Positions 11,030-22,793 of a stretch of 64,000 nt of DNA are shown one piece after another. The translations under genes were made by a program, and so were the position numbers. The notes under the pieces were generated by a model, which saw nothing but the letters and a program-made list of their open reading frames with translations, searched no databases and had not been told where the DNA came from. Within the stretch, counting starts at the first letter, position 1. The number at the start of each line of letters is the position of its first letter. The stretch is from Gracilinanus agilis (taxonomy: Eukaryota): the NCBI RefSeq assembly GCF_016433145.1, contig NC_058131.1:353330338-353394337 (forward strand), read 5' to 3'.

Positions 11030-11973
11030 CTGAAGACTATATTATAAGGCATTGTTATCTCAGTTTTACAAGTAAGGAAACAGGCTCATAAAGGTGAATA
11101 GACCACTATGACCACACACCTTTTAAGCATCAGAGTTGGGATTCAAACCCTCATGTCTTCTTAACTCCAACTTCCATGGTGCAAGCTGTTCCTTCTTACC
11201 TGTGTGACCTTAGTTACTTAAGAGATTACTTAATCAACTTCTCTGGACCAGTTTCCTCATTTGTAACGAGAAAGGGTAGATGATTTCAAAAGTCCCATAG
11301 CATTCAAAATCTTATGACCCTCTTCCTGTCCTTTTAGGGTGGGATCTAGTCTTGGCCTTCTGTTCTCTCTTGGAAATCTCGTTATCTCTCAGCTGATGGT
11401 CCCCAAAGCTCTCTGTCTCTAGCCCTGATCTCTTTTCAGCTCCCTAGACCCTGGCTGTTCCATGTGTGTCTCAAACACAATATCTCCAAAACTGAATTGC
11501 TGACTTTTCCTAAAAACAAACTCAAAACCAAACCAAAACAAACAAACAAACAAACAAACAAACAAAACCTGTTTCTCCTCCTGATTTCATTGTTTCTGTC
11601 GATGCAATATTTACTGTGGGTCCCATTTTGGACAGCCTGGTGTCATCCTTGACTTTTCCTTCTTTCTTTCCTTGTATGTCTAATTAGTTTCCAAAGGCTA
11701 AAGAGTCTATGTCTGAAATGGCCTCCCACTTCTTCCTTATTTTTTATATCTCAATACTCTTCCATGGCAATCATATTACCACAATTCATTCAGCCATTCC
11801 CTAACTGATGCGCCTCCCTTCAAGCTCTGATTTTTTGCCACCACCACGAAAAAGAACTCCTAGGAATATTTTTGTACATATAGGTCCTTTTCTTTTTTTT
11901 TTTTTTAATCTCCTGGGGGTACAGACCTAGGAGTAATATGGTGGTGATTCACTACTACCACCTTAGTCTACGT

Positions 11974-12188
11974 CTGTGTTGACAAACCTATGGCACACAT
12001 GCCAGAACGTGTCGGAGTGTGCCAGAGGGAGCTGCTCCCTTCCCCTTCTCCAAGCATGCATGAGGAAAATTCTCTCATGACCCACCCCTCTGCCCAGCAG
12101 CCCAATGAGAGCGGGTAAGGGGGTGGCTCACATGTGGTGTGAGGGCTGCAGTTTGGGTACTCCATCTCTAAAAGGTTCACCACCACTG
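11974..12188. mobile_element. hAT MITE (degenerate), same family as 63156-63544
   Basis: Left ctgtgttgacaaacctatggcac, right ctctaaaaggttcaccaccactg; shares gagctgctccc and ctctgcccagcagcccaatg with the 63 kb copy. Confidence 0.7.
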
Positions 12189-13660
12189 GTAGGTTTTCCT
12201 TACCCCATGCTTATAGTACTGCAAAGGCCTCCTAGATCTGTTTAGAGCTTTTTGTTTCTACTCTCTCCCTCTCCTGAGTCATCTCTCACATTGCCACTGA
12301 ATCTACCAAACCTGCAACAGGAACTTTGGATTCTTTTGCCTGGAGTTTAAGGAACTTGTCATTCAGCTCCATATCACTTTCATAGTCCCTGTGCTTTAGC
12401 CAAATTGGGCGACTTGAAATTCCACACACACAACCTATACTTATAGGCCTCCATACCTTTACTTATGTTACTCCAAATGCCTAGGAAAGTAAATTCTCTT
12501 AGCCTATACTGTCTGTTGAATTTAAAGTCTAACCAAAGTGCCACAATGTTCAGGAAGGTAGATGGTAGTAGGGGAAAGAGATCAGTATTTTGGGTCAGAG
12601 GAACTGAATTTGAATTCTGATTTTGTCCCTTCTTACCTCTGTGGTTTTGAGCAAGTCCTTTAATTTCTCTTGGCCTCAGTTCATTTTTCTGAAAAATGAG
12701 GGGTTTGGACTAGATGACCTCTAAGCTCCTTTCTGCCTCTAAATCAATGATTTTATAATCTCATTGGGCCAGAATACTAGATTGGCTTGTCTGGAAGGGC
12801 TAGTACCTTGACCAATGAGGAAGAATTGGGTGGATGGGATAGCATTGAGGAAGACTGAGTACCAGATGAAGAATTACTATTCTTTTTTTTTTTTAGATCT
12901 CTCCTTCCTCTCAGATCCATTCCTCCTGAATATTCCTCAGTCTTACATAGAAACCATTCCATTTTGACATCTGCCTTACTTCAGTCCCATTTTCTTTCGA
13001 ATATCTCACACTTTCTTACAATAGTGTACCTTTTCCCCAATTTATTATTTATTTAACAATTTAACATTGTTTTCGCTTTAAATTTTGAGTTTGCAATTCT
13101 CTCCTTACCTTCCCAAGCTTCTCCCACCCACTGAGAAGGCAAACAATATGATATTAATTATAATGTGACATCATGCAAAACATATTTTCATATTAGTCAT
13201 GTTGAAAAATAAAGTGAGAAAATTATACTTCAATTTGAACTCAGAGTTCATCAGTTCTTTCTCTGGAGATGGATAGCATTTTTTCATCATGAGTCCTTTG
13301 GTATTGTCTTGTATCATTAGATTGATCAGAGGAGCCAAAGCTTGCACAATCAATCTTCATTACAACATTGTTGTTACTCTGCAGTGATCTCCTGCTTCTT
13401 CTCACTTCACTTTTCATCCGTTCACATAGGTCTTCCCATGGTTTTCTGAAACCACTCCCCTCATTATTTCTTATGTCACATTAGTATTCCATCACAATTA
13501 TATACCACAATTTATTCAACTATTCCCCATTTGAGTAGCCTCCCCTCAATTTCTAATTCTTTGCCACCACCACAAAAAAGAGTTCCTATAAATATTTTTG
13601 AACTTATAGGTCATTTTCCTTTTTCTTTGATCTCTTTGGAGTAGAGACCTAATCAGAAGG

Positions 13661-14017
13661 TGTTATGAATAATATTGATAAAGAAGGATACATTTAAACG
13701 TATTCATAGTTTATTTAAAGGCATATTGGTAATTAAGAAGGCCATGCACCTGCTAAGATCTAATTCAAATTGCCCGCCATTGTTACTCTGCAGTGATCAT
13801 TCTGCCCACCTGGCTGCTTCCTATGAAAGAGATCGTCTCAGTCAAGTTCTGAGACTTTATACCTTTGTCTATGTAATCACACTTCCTGCCTACCTTTATT
13901 ACAAGAGGAATCATGGTAAATGTAGTTTCCAAGTCCCCTAAACGTCTACAGGAAGTTTATATCATATCTAAATATTAAAGCTCAATGAACCCCCAAGAAC
14001 CCCAAATTCCACTAACA
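13661..14017 (-). mobile_element. Solo LTR (357 bp)
   Basis: TG...CA ends; AATAAA near 3' end on minus strand; reverse complement aligns by eye to 44254-44600 (ggaaactacattt.ccatgattcctcttgtaat; gaattagatcttagcagg). Confidence 0.7.
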
Positions 14018-14206
14018 CAAAGGTATGCATGGTTTTAGAGCCTTTGGGCATAGTTCCAGATTGTTCTCCAGAACAGGTGGATTGGTTTGCTACTCTACCA
14101 AAAGTTCATTAAAGGACCTATTTTCTCTCATCTCCTCCAGTATTTGTTATTTCTAATATGTATGAGGTGGTACCTCAGAGTTGTTTTAATTTGCATTTCT
14201 CTAGTC

Positions 14207-14408
14207 CAGTGATGGGCAAACTACAGCCTGTGGGCCAGATGTGGCCCCCTGAAATGTTCTGTCTGGCTGCTGGACATTATTCCTAATCTGAAGAATACAA
14301 TGAGTAGGATGCAATACAATGAAACTGAAAGAGTTGCCTTAGAAACAGACTTACAGATGAGCATTTCCTTTTCTTTGGCCCCCTCTTTAAAAAGTTTGCC
14401 CATCACTG
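14207..14408. mobile_element. hAT-Charlie MITE (202 bp) with perfect 16-bp TIRs
   Basis: CAGTGATGGGCAAACT ... AGTTTGCCCATCACTG; TSD ctctagtc / c-ctggtc (Charlie-type TCTAG target); host L1 rejoins cleanly. Confidence 0.88.
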
Positions 14409-16237
14409 CCTGGTCAATAGTGATTTAGAGCTTTTTTTATATGCCAATAGATAGCTTTGATTTTTTTTTTCCTTCAGAAAACTGCCCGTTCATATCTTTT
14501 GACCATTTTATCAAGTGGGGAATAGGTCTTATTTTCATAAATTTGACTCAGTTCCCTTAAATATTTGAGATATGAAGCCTTTATCAGAGAAACTTGCTAT
14601 AAAAAATGTTGATGTTACTTTATTGTGTATGGTACCTTTTAGCCAAATATAGTTTCCCTGATTATCTCTTTTAACTGGGCCTCTTTTTACTTTTGCTTTG
14701 TCTGAGATCATGATTGCTCTACCTACCATTTTTTACTTCCACTGAAGCTTCATAGATTATAGTCTTGCCCTTTATTTTAACTCTCTGTGTCTCTTTCTGT
14801 TTCAATTATGTCTTGTGTATACAACATATTGTTGGATCCTGATATATTCTGCTATCTGCTTCCATTTTAAGGGTTAAACTCATCCCACTCACATACAAAT
14901 TAATGATTACTGTGTATATCCCTCCATCCTACTTTCTTCTGTTTTTCCTGCTTTCTCTCTTTTTAATCCTGTCTCTCCTCAAATCAAAAAATCAATACTA
15001 TGTATTGGTTCCAAGGCAGAAGAACAGTAAGGGCTAGGCAAAGGGGGTTAAGTGACTTCCCCAGGGTCACACAACTAGGATGTATCTGAGGCTAGATTTG
15101 AATCCCGTCTCTAGGTCTGGCTCTCTATCAACTGAGTCACCCAGCTGCCCCCCCCCCCCCCCACACACTTTAAAAATTCTTCCTTTCTTGCCTTGCCCTT
15201 CCCCCTTCTCCCAGTATATTCCTTTCTCACTGCTACATTTATTTTTTGAAAATCATCCCAACATTGACTCACACCTGGGTCCTTTTTCTATGTAAACTTC
15301 TAACTGCTCTAATAATGAGAAAGTACTTAGGAGTTATCCATATTATCTCCCCATCAAGGAATGTAATTAGTTTAACTTTATTGAGTCACTTATGATTATG
15401 TTATCATTCTCTTGAGTCTTCTGTTTGAATGTCAAATTTTCTATTTCTTTCTATTTTTATTAAGAATGTTTGGAGGGGCAACTAGGCAGAACAGTGGATA
15501 GAGAGGCAAGTCTGGAGTCAGGAGGACTGAGTTCAGATGTGACTTCAGACACTTCTTATGTGGCTCTAGATAAATCACTTAACCCCAATTGCCTAGTCCT
15601 TGTCACTCTTTTGTCTTAGAATTAGACTACAATACTTTGGAAAAAAAAAGAATGTTTGGAAGTCCTCTTTTTCATTAAATATCCATTTTTCTGAAGTATT
15701 GTAGTCAATTTTGCTGGGTAGGTTATTTTTATTTGTATTCTTAACCTCTTTGCTTTCCAGAATATCATATTCTAAGCCTTCTGGTCCTTTAATGTGGAAA
15801 CTGCTAAATCTTGTATGATCCTAATGTGACTCTATGATATTTGAATTGTTTCCTTTGGTTACTTTGAATACTTTTTCCTTTAAAGTATATATCTCCTAGG
15901 AGTTCTGGAATTTAGCTAAAATGTTCCTGGGAGTTTTAATTTGGGGATCTTTTTCAGGAGGTGATTGGTGGATTCTTTCCATCTCTATTTTATCCTCTGG
16001 ATCTAAGATATTGGGGCAGTTTTCCTTTATAATTTCTTGAAATATGATATCTAGGATTTTTTAATCATTATTTACAGGTCTAATTCTTTAATTATCTCTC
16101 CTTGATCTATATTTCCAGGTCAGTTGTTTTTGCAATGAGGTAGTTCACATTTTTCTTCTATTTTCACCTTTTGCTTTGTTTTACTTTTACTTGAAGTCTC
16201 ATGGAACAATTAGCTTCCACTTGCCCAATTCTAATTT

Positions 16238-16470
16238 TTTAATGATTCATGTTCTTTCCCTCCTCTCCTCCCAACCCCCTCCCAGAACCAACAAGCAATT
16301 CCACTGGTTTTATATGTGTCTTTTATCAAGACCTATTTCCACGTTATTACTATTTGCATTAGAGTAATCACTTAGAGTCTACATCCCCAATCATATCCCC
16401 ATCAACCCATGTGATCAAGCAGTTGTTTTTCTTTTGGGTTTCTACTTACACAGTTCTTTCTCTGGATGTG
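16238..16470 (-). mobile_element. 5'-truncated L1 3'UTR fragment inserted in older L1
   Basis: 12-bp TSD CAATTCTAATTT at 16226-16237 and 16471-16482; similar to L1 3'UTR-like sequence at ~38230-38420. Confidence 0.7.
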
Positions 16471-17066
16471 CAATTCTAATTTGTAAGGAATTATTTTCTT
16501 CTGTGGGCTTTTGCACCTCCTTTTCCATATGGCCAATTCTGCTTTTAAAGGAGTTCTTTTCTTCAGTGAATATGTGTACCATTTTTACCATTAGGCCCTT
16601 TTTTTTAAGGCTTTGTTTTCTTCAGTATTTTTTGCACCTTCATTAGTAAGCTATTAGTTCTCTTTTCATAATTTTCTTGCATCACTTTCATTTCCTTTCC
16701 CAGTTTTTCCTCTGTCACTCTTACCTGTTTCTTTTACTCTTCCAGGAATTTTTGCTGATCTTGGGGCCAATCAGCATTTTCCTTTGAGTCTTTGCTTGTA
16801 TTTGTTATTCCCATTGTTGTCATCTTCTGAGCTTATGTCTTGATCTTCTTTGCCACTATAGTAGCTTTTTGTGGCCAAATTCTTTTTGGGAGGTTGTTTG
16901 TTCATTTTTCTAGCCTATTCATGACTTTAAACTTTATTTTAAAGTTGGGTTTTGCCTACCTCTGGGTGGAAAGGTACTATGCTAAGCTTCAGGCTTTTTT
17001 ATGCTACTGTTTTCAGGGCTAGTTCTGAGGATGTGCAAGTTTTTTGTGCTTCCAGGGTGGCATTAT

Positions 17067-17271
17067 TTTTTTTTTAAACCCTTACCTTCCATCTTGGAGT
17101 CAGTACTGTGTATTGGCTCCAAGTCAGAAGAGTGGTAAGGACTAGGCAATGGGGGTCAAGTGACTTGCCCCAGGGTCACACAGCTGGGAAGTGTCTGAGG
17201 CCAGATTTGAACCCAGGACCTCCCGTCTCTAGGCCTGGCTCTCAATCCACTGAGCTACCCAGTTGCTCCCT
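17067..17271 (-). mobile_element. Young SINE1_Mdo-like SINE with 13-bp TSD
   Basis: Near-consensus reverse copy; TSD AGGGTGGCATTAT at 17054-17066 and 17272-17284. Confidence 0.9.
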
Positions 17272-19693
17272 AGGGTGGCATTATCTTGTGAGAGGTATGG
17301 TCCCTACTTTCCTGGTCTCCTTTCTGGCCTTTACTCAGGAAGGGCCTCTGCTCTATTGGAGCTACAAGTTTCAGTGTTCTTTTTGACCTGGGAAATGTGA
17401 CCAGGTCCTCTGCTTCCTTGTGTCTGCTTCCTAGTGCTCCTCTCCACCCTGGAACTGCCTCTCAGAACTGCTTATGAGTAATAGAATTGCCAGTCAGCAC
17501 CAGCTTCACTCAGTACCAGCAAAGGGTCCTCTGTAATCTCTGACTAGTTTTCTGACCCCCTTAAGTATCTCTGGGCTTGAGAGCTCCCAAAGCTGCTGCT
17601 GTTATGGCTGCTTCCCAGGCTTACCACTAGTTTACCCTGGTGTTACAGTCCTCTTCTGAGGACTCTCGTGTTGTCTTGAGCTGGATAAATGTCTCCTGCT
17701 CTTTTGTTGACTCTGCCTCTCCAAAACTTGATTCAAGGCATTATTTTAAAGTTGTTTGGAGGGGATTGTTGGGAGAATTCAGCTGGGACTTGGCCTTGGT
17801 TCCACCCAGATCTACCACAATCACTTTTTAAACATCTGCTCCACCTCAGTCTAAGTTCTTTCCAGTACCCCATACTTTCTTACAATAACTTTTTAAAAAT
17901 ACATAAGCACCAAAGCAGGGTTCCATTTACAAAGCCAGCAGTTTCTGACTGTACATTTGATAGTGATGGGAGAGCCAGGGGACCTGGTGTTTTCTCGGTG
18001 TGATCTCAAGTGAGTAATTTCCTTTTTCGGCACCTCAGTGGTTTGAACTAGATGATCTCTAAGGCCCTTTTCCAACTCGAATGTTCTAAGATTCCACAAG
18101 AGAAACCCAAGTCCTATCTAATTAGCTCATTTGTTAGTTATCAGTTACCACTTTAGGAGGGATGCCTGTGTGTGGGGACGCCTGTCTGCTCGCCTGCCCA
18201 GAGACAGCTCAGAGCTGTGGGATGACAATTTTGACAGAATAAACCTCATAATGATAATGAGCCTCATTATCAGTGCTCAGAAACCTTGAGCCAGCCTGAT
18301 TTCCTATTTGCATCAAGTGCAAATCTCTCAACCTGTATTTATAAGATTTCCCCCCCCCCCCAATCTGGCTTCAAACCACTTCCTTAACATCACCCTCTCC
18401 TCCTCCTTTATACCCCTTTAGCTGGGCAGAACTCTACAACACACTAAGAACACACTGTGCTGATTCCTGCCACGTTATCATTCCTTCGTCTGGAATTCTT
18501 TCTTTGTCTAGCTCCATCCTACTCATCTTCAATAGATTCTTCTTAAGTTCTGCTCCTTCTAGGAAAATTTTTCCATGCATTCCAGCCTAGTCTGTTCTTC
18601 TTCCTCTTCTGAATGCTCATATTAGCTTGAAGCATACAGCAGGATACTATTTTCTATGAAATAAATATTCCTTGTTCCTTTTTTCCCCTCATAAACACTC
18701 TCATATACTATTTTTTCTCAGTTATACTGATGGTGGCTTGAAGTCAGGACTGTTTGCTGATATCCTGCCGTCTCTTCCACATTACCCAAGTATCATCAGT
18801 CCATATTAAAGCTCCAAATATACAAATTATTGTTTGACAAATAGATATTGATTACGCATCTACTGTAATATGGATGAAATGTTGATCTGAAGGGAGTAGA
18901 GAAGAACCCAGCTGCACTCTGGATGTTCATTCCACTCTTCTTGGCCGTGATACACATAAGATGCCTTGGGGCTCCTTTTATCTGGTTACAAGACAGCTCA
19001 AGTTCTTAAATCATCTGTCTTCATTGGGGTCTGTCTATATGCTCAGCCCTGTGAGGAATACAACACAGGAAGACCATATCCCTACCTTCAAGGAGTTTTC
19101 AAACCTTTTGGTGGTAGCAGTGCAATAAGACCAATACGAATTGATGAAATAAATGTTATAGGACCTCCAAGGAGAGAGGGGATCAGTGCAGGTTGTTCTG
19201 GTGAAGGAGTTTCATGGAGGAATTGGGCCCTGATGGGCTATTGGCATCTGGAGAGACAATCTAGTCTAGACCTTTCTGGAGAAAGCTTTAGCCCCAGAAA
19301 ACACTAGGAAACCAATCTAAGTACTGAAAATGGCCCAAGTGCTAGGAGAAGGCTACCAGCTCAGGTTAACATTTTTTCCTGCAATGGCAGTATCCAAAAG
19401 ATACTGCAGCTCCTTTGGTTAATGTGAGTTGGCCTGAGTTCCCTGAACCCATTGCAGTCACTCAGAAAATTGATCTGATGTGAATAAAGTTGGCTCAGAT
19501 TCATTGGTTGTCAGAACTGGTCAAAGAATCCATCCAACATTCTTATTTTACAGCTGGGGAAACTGAGGTCCAAAAATGTAATGGACATACTTTTCACATA
19601 TCAGACAGGATCCCCTACCAGATACTCCCACCTTTCCTCTACATTGCCCTCTTATACTTTACCTGCTACCACTGTTTTCCTGTAATCTGAGCC

Positions 19694-19738
19694 TATATAA
19701 TATATAATATATAATATATAATATATAATATATAATAT
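19694..19738. repeat. (TATATAA)6 tandem repeat
   Basis: Six perfect 7-mers plus a partial unit. Confidence 0.9.
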
Positions 19739-20328
19739 GCCCTATCCTTCCTCCCTGCCAGAATTAAATCCCCTCCACTACATGGGAGAAATCAGGTACA
19801 GGAAGGCCTCAGGGATGACAAGCTAGAGAAAAGATTTAAACATTTGCTGTCTTTCTGAATTACGAGGCAACAGGCCTTCTTGGCTGTCCCTGGGGTGATG
19901 AGCATGGACAGATGCTTCCTCTTCTCTCCTCCCTCAGATCACCAAGACTTACCAAGGATGTTTGTCTTGGGGAGGGGGCAAGAGTGGGGCTTCCTGAATG
20001 CCTGGCTCTGTCTAGTTCCACCCTAACTTGACTTCAAAGAGTAGTACAGATCCTGAGTAGGTGGAGGAGAAGCCTTGTCACCTCTGTTGGCCTAAAAGGT
20101 TAAGCTCAATCAGCTCCAGCAGGATGACTCAAGGCGCCACCCAAGGGCAGCTTTCAACTCGTCTTCCCTATCAGCTTCATGAAGGTCTCAGGATCCCAGA
20201 GGATGGGACTTTGACACAGTCTGGGCTATGACTTGGTTAAACCAAGTTCTTGTAGGGATTAGAGATGGAAGAGATATTCACACACTAGCTAGCACTGAGG
20301 GCTGACTCCTTGCTTCTTGTGACCATAG

Positions 20329-20506
20329 AAGCTAGAAGAACAGGAGCAGCGGGCACGAAGACTCAAGGATAGGCTCCGAAGTGAACAGCGGAACCTGCGC
20401 CAGCGGCTGGAACAGCTCCGGGGAGCAGGTGGGGAGTGGGAGCGTCTTCGGGTAGATAGCCTGGACTCCTCTGGCCTGTCTTCAGAGCGCTCCGATACTG
20501 ACCAAG
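20329..20506 (+). CDS. MXD3: MXD3 coding exon 5 (leucine zipper)
   Basis: [59 protein letters not shown]; acceptor catag, donor GTGAGT at 20507. Confidence 0.95.
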
Positions 20507-20760
20507 GTGAGTGACGTCCCTGATTATCCTGTTTGGAATTAGTGTCAGTCCTGACCCTGCCACCTCCTTGCTTTCTGAGTGGAAAGCAATGGACCCCAGA
20601 AGACCTGGACCACTGCTGTAGAATCCCTGGGGACAAGCAAGCTCATCCATCTCATCCCACAGCTAAAACAGTGAGGCCTACCCTTTAGCCCCTTAAGAGA
20701 GGCAAGACTTCTTCCTTTCTCAGTGACTTTGGACCTGACTTTTCTCTGGTCTCTCCACAG

Positions 20761-20876
20761 AGGAGCTGGAAGTGGATGTGGAAAGCCTGGTGTTTGGGGG
20801 TGATGCCGAGTTACTTCGAGGCTTCAGCACAGGCCAAGAGCACAGCTACTCTCACAGTGGTAGTGCTTGGCTATGA
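20761..20876 (+). CDS. MXD3: MXD3 coding exon 6 (last)
   Basis: EELEVDVESLVFGGDAELLRGFSTGQEHSYSHSGSAWL*; total CDS 609 nt = 202 aa + stop. Confidence 0.95.
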
Positions 20877-21336
20877 CTGGCCCCACAGTAAGCAGATCTC
20901 CCACTCTCCTGGCTGCACCAAGCTGCCCAGCTTGCCAGAGAAGCTGCCACAGGACTGGTGAAGTTGGGCATTCCTGCAAAGCAGAAAACTATGGGACTGC
21001 AGAGGCTGCTGCTGGCTCTTGGAGCCATTTTAACCAGCCTCAGTTGCATCCTTCCTCTCTTATGTGGGCACGGACTGAAGCTTACTCATGTTGTGGGGGG
21101 AAAACAGGAGTAAGCCAAGCCCTTAACATGGAACCAAACAATGCAAAGATCTATTCTCTGTTAAGAGGTTACAGGAGGCAACCAGAGGCCCCTAACAAGG
21201 GGCTGATGTGGAGCTGGCCCATTGCTGCCTGTGTTTTTATACATTTTTTACAGCATTGATTTTTGTTCCTTTCAGTATTGGGATGCAAATCTTGTGCTAA
21301 GCTGATTTGGTGTCCAGCACCCAAGGGACTAGTAGC

Positions 21337-21342
21337 ATTAAA
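21337..21342 (+). terminator. MXD3: Candidate MXD3 poly(A) signal (ATTAAA)
   Basis: First canonical-variant hexamer noticed after the MXD3 stop (~460 nt). Confidence 0.35.
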
Positions 21343-21596
21343 GTGGGATGGGGCTAAACTCAAGACTCTGGCTCTAGCTCCACAGACACCATACAGTATT
21401 TTCAGTAAAAAAAAATTTTCTAAAGTCTGCCAGTAAGCTATCTTATTTTTTCATGATTGGGAAGGAAGTGTATACCTCAAGTCCTATGCAGGGTTCAAGC
21501 TGATGGCTGAAGTGTCATTCTAAACCTGGCAGGATTACTCAATACCTCCAAGGTTCAGAAACCTCAATAAGCCAAGGACAGGGTTGAAAATTGATT

Positions 21597-21602
21597 TTTA
21601 AT
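21597..21602 (-). terminator. PRELID1: Candidate PRELID1 poly(A) signal (ATTAAA on minus strand)
   Basis: tttaat on plus strand ~205 nt past PRELID1 stop. Confidence 0.55.
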
Positions 21603-21807
21603 GATAAATTACAACTCGGACACAGGGCGGGTAATGGGACAAGAGCTGGATTGTCTGTGGGCTTGCATCGTGCTGATGGTCTGCTTGGGGGCTGGGGCTC
21701 TGGACTCCAAGCTCAGGTCTTGCCAGGAGGCTCTCAGTCTTGGGGACTGGCAATCTAGGAGGGCAGCAGGGCCCTTTTGGTGCAGGGGAGGCAGCAGGAT
21801 GGCTCCT

Positions 21808-21959
21808 TTAAACATAGTGTTGCTGTTGCTGCTGCTGTTTCTTCGTGGCTGCCTTGCTGGCCAGGTCCTTGGCCTTCTCAGTAGCCGCCAGAGCAGTTTC
21901 TTTTGCCTTCTCAGTTGCTTCCTTAGCTGTTTCAACAAGTGTCTTAGAAGGAGCTTCAC
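21808..21959 (-). CDS. PRELID1: PRELI domain containing 1, coding exon 5 (LEA-like repeats, poly-Q tail)
   Basis: (G)EAPSKTLVETAKEATEKAKETALAATEKAKDLASKAATKKQQQQQQHYV*; total CDS 663 nt = 220 aa + stop. Confidence 0.95.
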
Positions 21960-22448
21960 CTGCAAAAAGAGAATCTTGGACCATCAGTTACAGGGTACCT
22001 TGAAGATCTAATCCAGCCAACTCATATGACGTATAAGGAAATAAGAGGTTCAGACAGAATAAGGGCCTTGTTCAAGGTCACAGAGCTCAGTAAGGATAAG
22101 ATCAAGATTTTGGACCCAAGACTTCTGACTCCAAGACCAGTGCTTCTTCCATCACACACTAAACTATTTAGGTCTTTCATCTGATTCCATTTTCTAGTCT
22201 GAGGATCAGGGCTTAAGTAGCAGCCTCAGTCCCAAGCTAGAAGGAATCTCAAGAGATGTTTTTCTAAGTGAGATGACATCACCTAACCAAGGTCATACAG
22301 GTATTAGATGGTAGAACCAAGATTCTAAACCATATAATTCCAAATTCATCATTCTTGGTGGGAAGGGGACAAGAGGGGTATTTTTTTTCTTGAGTCCTCA
22401 TAATGTCAGTTTCTAACCCTCCCCATACTCAAAACCCTTAATTCTTAC

Positions 22449-22527
22449 CTTGCAATTTGGCCAAGATGTACTCAAAGCCTTTGATGGTCTTGGTCACATT
22501 ACTTTTGAATCTAGCCAGGCCAAATTC
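22449..22527 (-). CDS. PRELID1: PRELID1 coding exon 4
   Basis: EFGLARFKSNVTKTIKGFEYILAKLQ(G); cag acceptor, GTAAGA donor. Confidence 0.95.
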
Positions 22528-22679
22528 CTGAAAGGACAAGATGGGACATGAAGAGTTGGTTTTTAGCCTTTCTAGATGCTGCCCATGCCCATGGCTAATC
22601 TAGGTTCCTCAGAGCAGTGGAGAATCAAAGATTCTATCTCTACCGCCCCCTTCAGCACCTCACCAAATTGCCATGTTAC

Positions 22680-22793
22680 CTGTACAGCTCTGGACACCCC
22701 AAACAAACTGGAGGAGACCCAGGCCTCCCGACGGATTTCAGTCCAACCACTGTTTTCAGGGTTCACACAGTAAACACATCTTTCCTCCACCAC
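22680..22793 (-). CDS. PRELID1: PRELID1 coding exon 3
   Basis: VVEERCVYCVNPENSGWTEIRREAWVSSSLFGVSRAVQ; 114 nt, phase 0. Confidence 0.96.

Larger units (their letters stand above)
13040..17815 (-). mobile_element. Old, internally deleted L1 carrying nested insertions
   Basis: L1-type 3' end near 13040, ORF2-like and ORF1-like degenerate sequence, 5'-end-like segment (gaggcattattttaaagttgtttggagg-type) near 17740; host sequence resumes across each insertion. Confidence 0.65.

Noticed and set aside
21601-22011. 136-aa plus-strand hydrophobic ORF
   Set aside because: Antisense shadow of the PRELID1 last exon (poly-Q/LEA repeats read as Leu/Cys runs); no independent support.
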